A stretch of DNA of 64,000 nucleotides from Eledone cirrhosa. Its lineage: Eukaryota. Each line of letters starts with the position of its first letter. The first letter of the stretch is position 1. The position numbers were made by a program, and so were the translations under genes. Shown one piece after another: positions 62,397-64,000 of the stretch. The notes beneath the pieces are model-generated. The model was not told where the DNA came from. It ran no database searches and saw only the letters and a program-made list of their open reading frames with translations. The stretch is from assembly GCA_964016885.1 (NCBI GenBank), contig OZ024744.1, forward strand, positions 124,806,001 through 124,870,000. The letters are read 5' to 3'.

Positions 62397-63407
62397 ACCC
62401 TAACCCTAAACCTAACCCCAACTCCAACTCTGACCCTAAACCTAACCCCAACCCCAACCCTAACCCTAACCCTAACCCTAACCCACGATAGAAGACGTTC
62501 GTTACCGCTGGAGCAACGCAAATTACTCCTCGGTTGACGCCAAAAACGAACGCCTTCTCGACGGCTAGCCGCATTTCGTGATCCGCCTTTCGATTGCGCT
62601 TCCGTCGCGGAAAAAGAATTGCCTTTATAGGCCGCCGCCGCCCGACCGGACCCACGATAGAAGACGTTCGTTACCGCTGGAGCAACGCAAATTACTCCTC
62701 GGTTGACGCCAAAAACGAACGCCTTCTCGACGGCTAGCCGCATTTCGTGATCCGCCTTTCGATTGCGCTTCCGTCGCGGAAAAAGAATTGCCTTTATAGG
62801 CCGCCGCCGCCCGACCGGACCCACGATAGAAGACGTTCGTTACCGCTGGAGCAACGCAAATTACTCCTCGGTTGACGCCAAAAACGAACGCCTTCTCGAC
62901 GGCTAGCCGCATTTCGTGATCCGCCTTTCGATTGCGCTTCCGTCGCGGAAAAAGAATTGCCTTTATAGGCCGCCGCCGCCCGACCGGACCCACGATAGAA
63001 GACGTTCGTTACCGCTGGAGCAACGCAAATTACTCCTCGGTTGACGCCAAAAACGAACGCCTTCTCGACGGCTAGCCGCATTTCGTGATCCGCCTTTCGA
63101 TTGCGCTTCCGTCGCGGAAAAAGAATTGCCTTTATAGGCCGCCGCCGCCGCCCGACCGGACCCACGATAGAAGACGTTCGTTACCGCTGGAGCAACGCAA
63201 ATTACTCCTCGGTTGACGCCAAAAACGAACGCCTTCTCGACGGCTAGCCGCATTTCGTGATCCGCCTTTCGATTGCGCTTCCGTCGCGGAAAAAGAATTG
63301 CCTTTATAGGCCGCCGCCGCCGCCCGACCGGACCCACGATAGAAGACGTTCGTTACCGCTGGAGCAACGCAAATTACTCCTCGGTTGACGCCAAAAACGA
63401 ACGCCTT
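62397..63407 (+). promoter_or_regulatory. Telomere-like tract plus 169/172-bp IGS-type repeats (second copy)
   Basis: Repeat starts at 62487, 62656, 62825, 62994, 63166, 63338. Confidence 0.6.
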
Positions 63408-63765
63408 CCGGTTCGGGCGACGTAAAAGTCTGTAGCCTTTTCGCCGATCCTCGACGATTATCCGCCTTCCGAACAACCGCCTTTCCGCCGTCACAGCAGT
63501 AGGTACTCGTCCGTCGTAATAGCCGTCATTTTAATGCAGGAGAAACGCCTAAATGCACTGCGATTAACGACGATCTACGACGCGCTTACTCTTCCTTGCT
63601 GCGACGAAGGTTTCGTTCGGCTTTTCGTCGTGGACCCGGTCAGGTCATGCCGCTGATCTCGCGTTGCGTCGTTACCGCTGGAGCAACGCAAATTACTCCT
63701 CGTTTAACGCCAACATCGAACGCGCTTCGGTTCTCGGTCGTCGTTGTTTTGTTTCGTGCGGAAGA

Positions 63766-64000
63766 TACCTGGGTGATCCTGCCAGTAGTCATATGCTTGT
63801 CTCAAAGCTTAAGCCATGCAAGTGGAAGTTCATGCCGTAAACGAAAATGGTGAAACCGCGAATGGCTCAGGAACCGGATCTAATCCTCGGGACCGTATTC
63901 CTCACCGCGAGGAGAGGATAACTGTGGCAATTCTAGAGCTAATACATGCAATTGAGATCGGAGAGGGAGCGATCCGTCTGCTTGATTCCGATAACGAACG
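63766..64000 (+). pseudogene. 18S rRNA: 18S rRNA 5' fragment running into the same mosaic-array junction (second copy)
   Basis: Matches 25588-25822, including the CTAATACATGCAATTGAGATCGGAGAGGGAGCGATCCGTCTG junction. Confidence 0.93.

Overview
Eukaryotic, repeat-dense, non-genic DNA. The SINE, RTE and microsatellite content suggests an octopus or other cephalopod, which is an inference. The window holds about 1.7 copies of a near-identical tandem macro-unit of 38,178 bp, measured from one 18S start (25588) to the next (63766). The core of the unit looks like a hollowed-out rDNA transcription unit, in this order: telomere-like (CCCTAA)n, 169/172-bp spacer-promoter-like repeats, a 5'ETS-like segment, the first ~185 nt of 18S rRNA, a ~7-kb array of 19 mosaic monomers, and degenerate 3'-terminal 28S sequence. 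The monomers are built from short sense-strand 18S and 28S fragments joined at microhomologies. The ~30-kb spacer contains a ~10-kb foldback satellite ending in a Helitron 3' terminus, MITEs, minisatellites, and decayed RTE, CRE and R4/Dong fragments. One copy only carries a 5'-truncated CR1-type LINE with an intact 921-aa APE+RT ORF2. That ORF is the only credible intact protein-coding sequence; almost all other listed ORFs are repeat artefacts.
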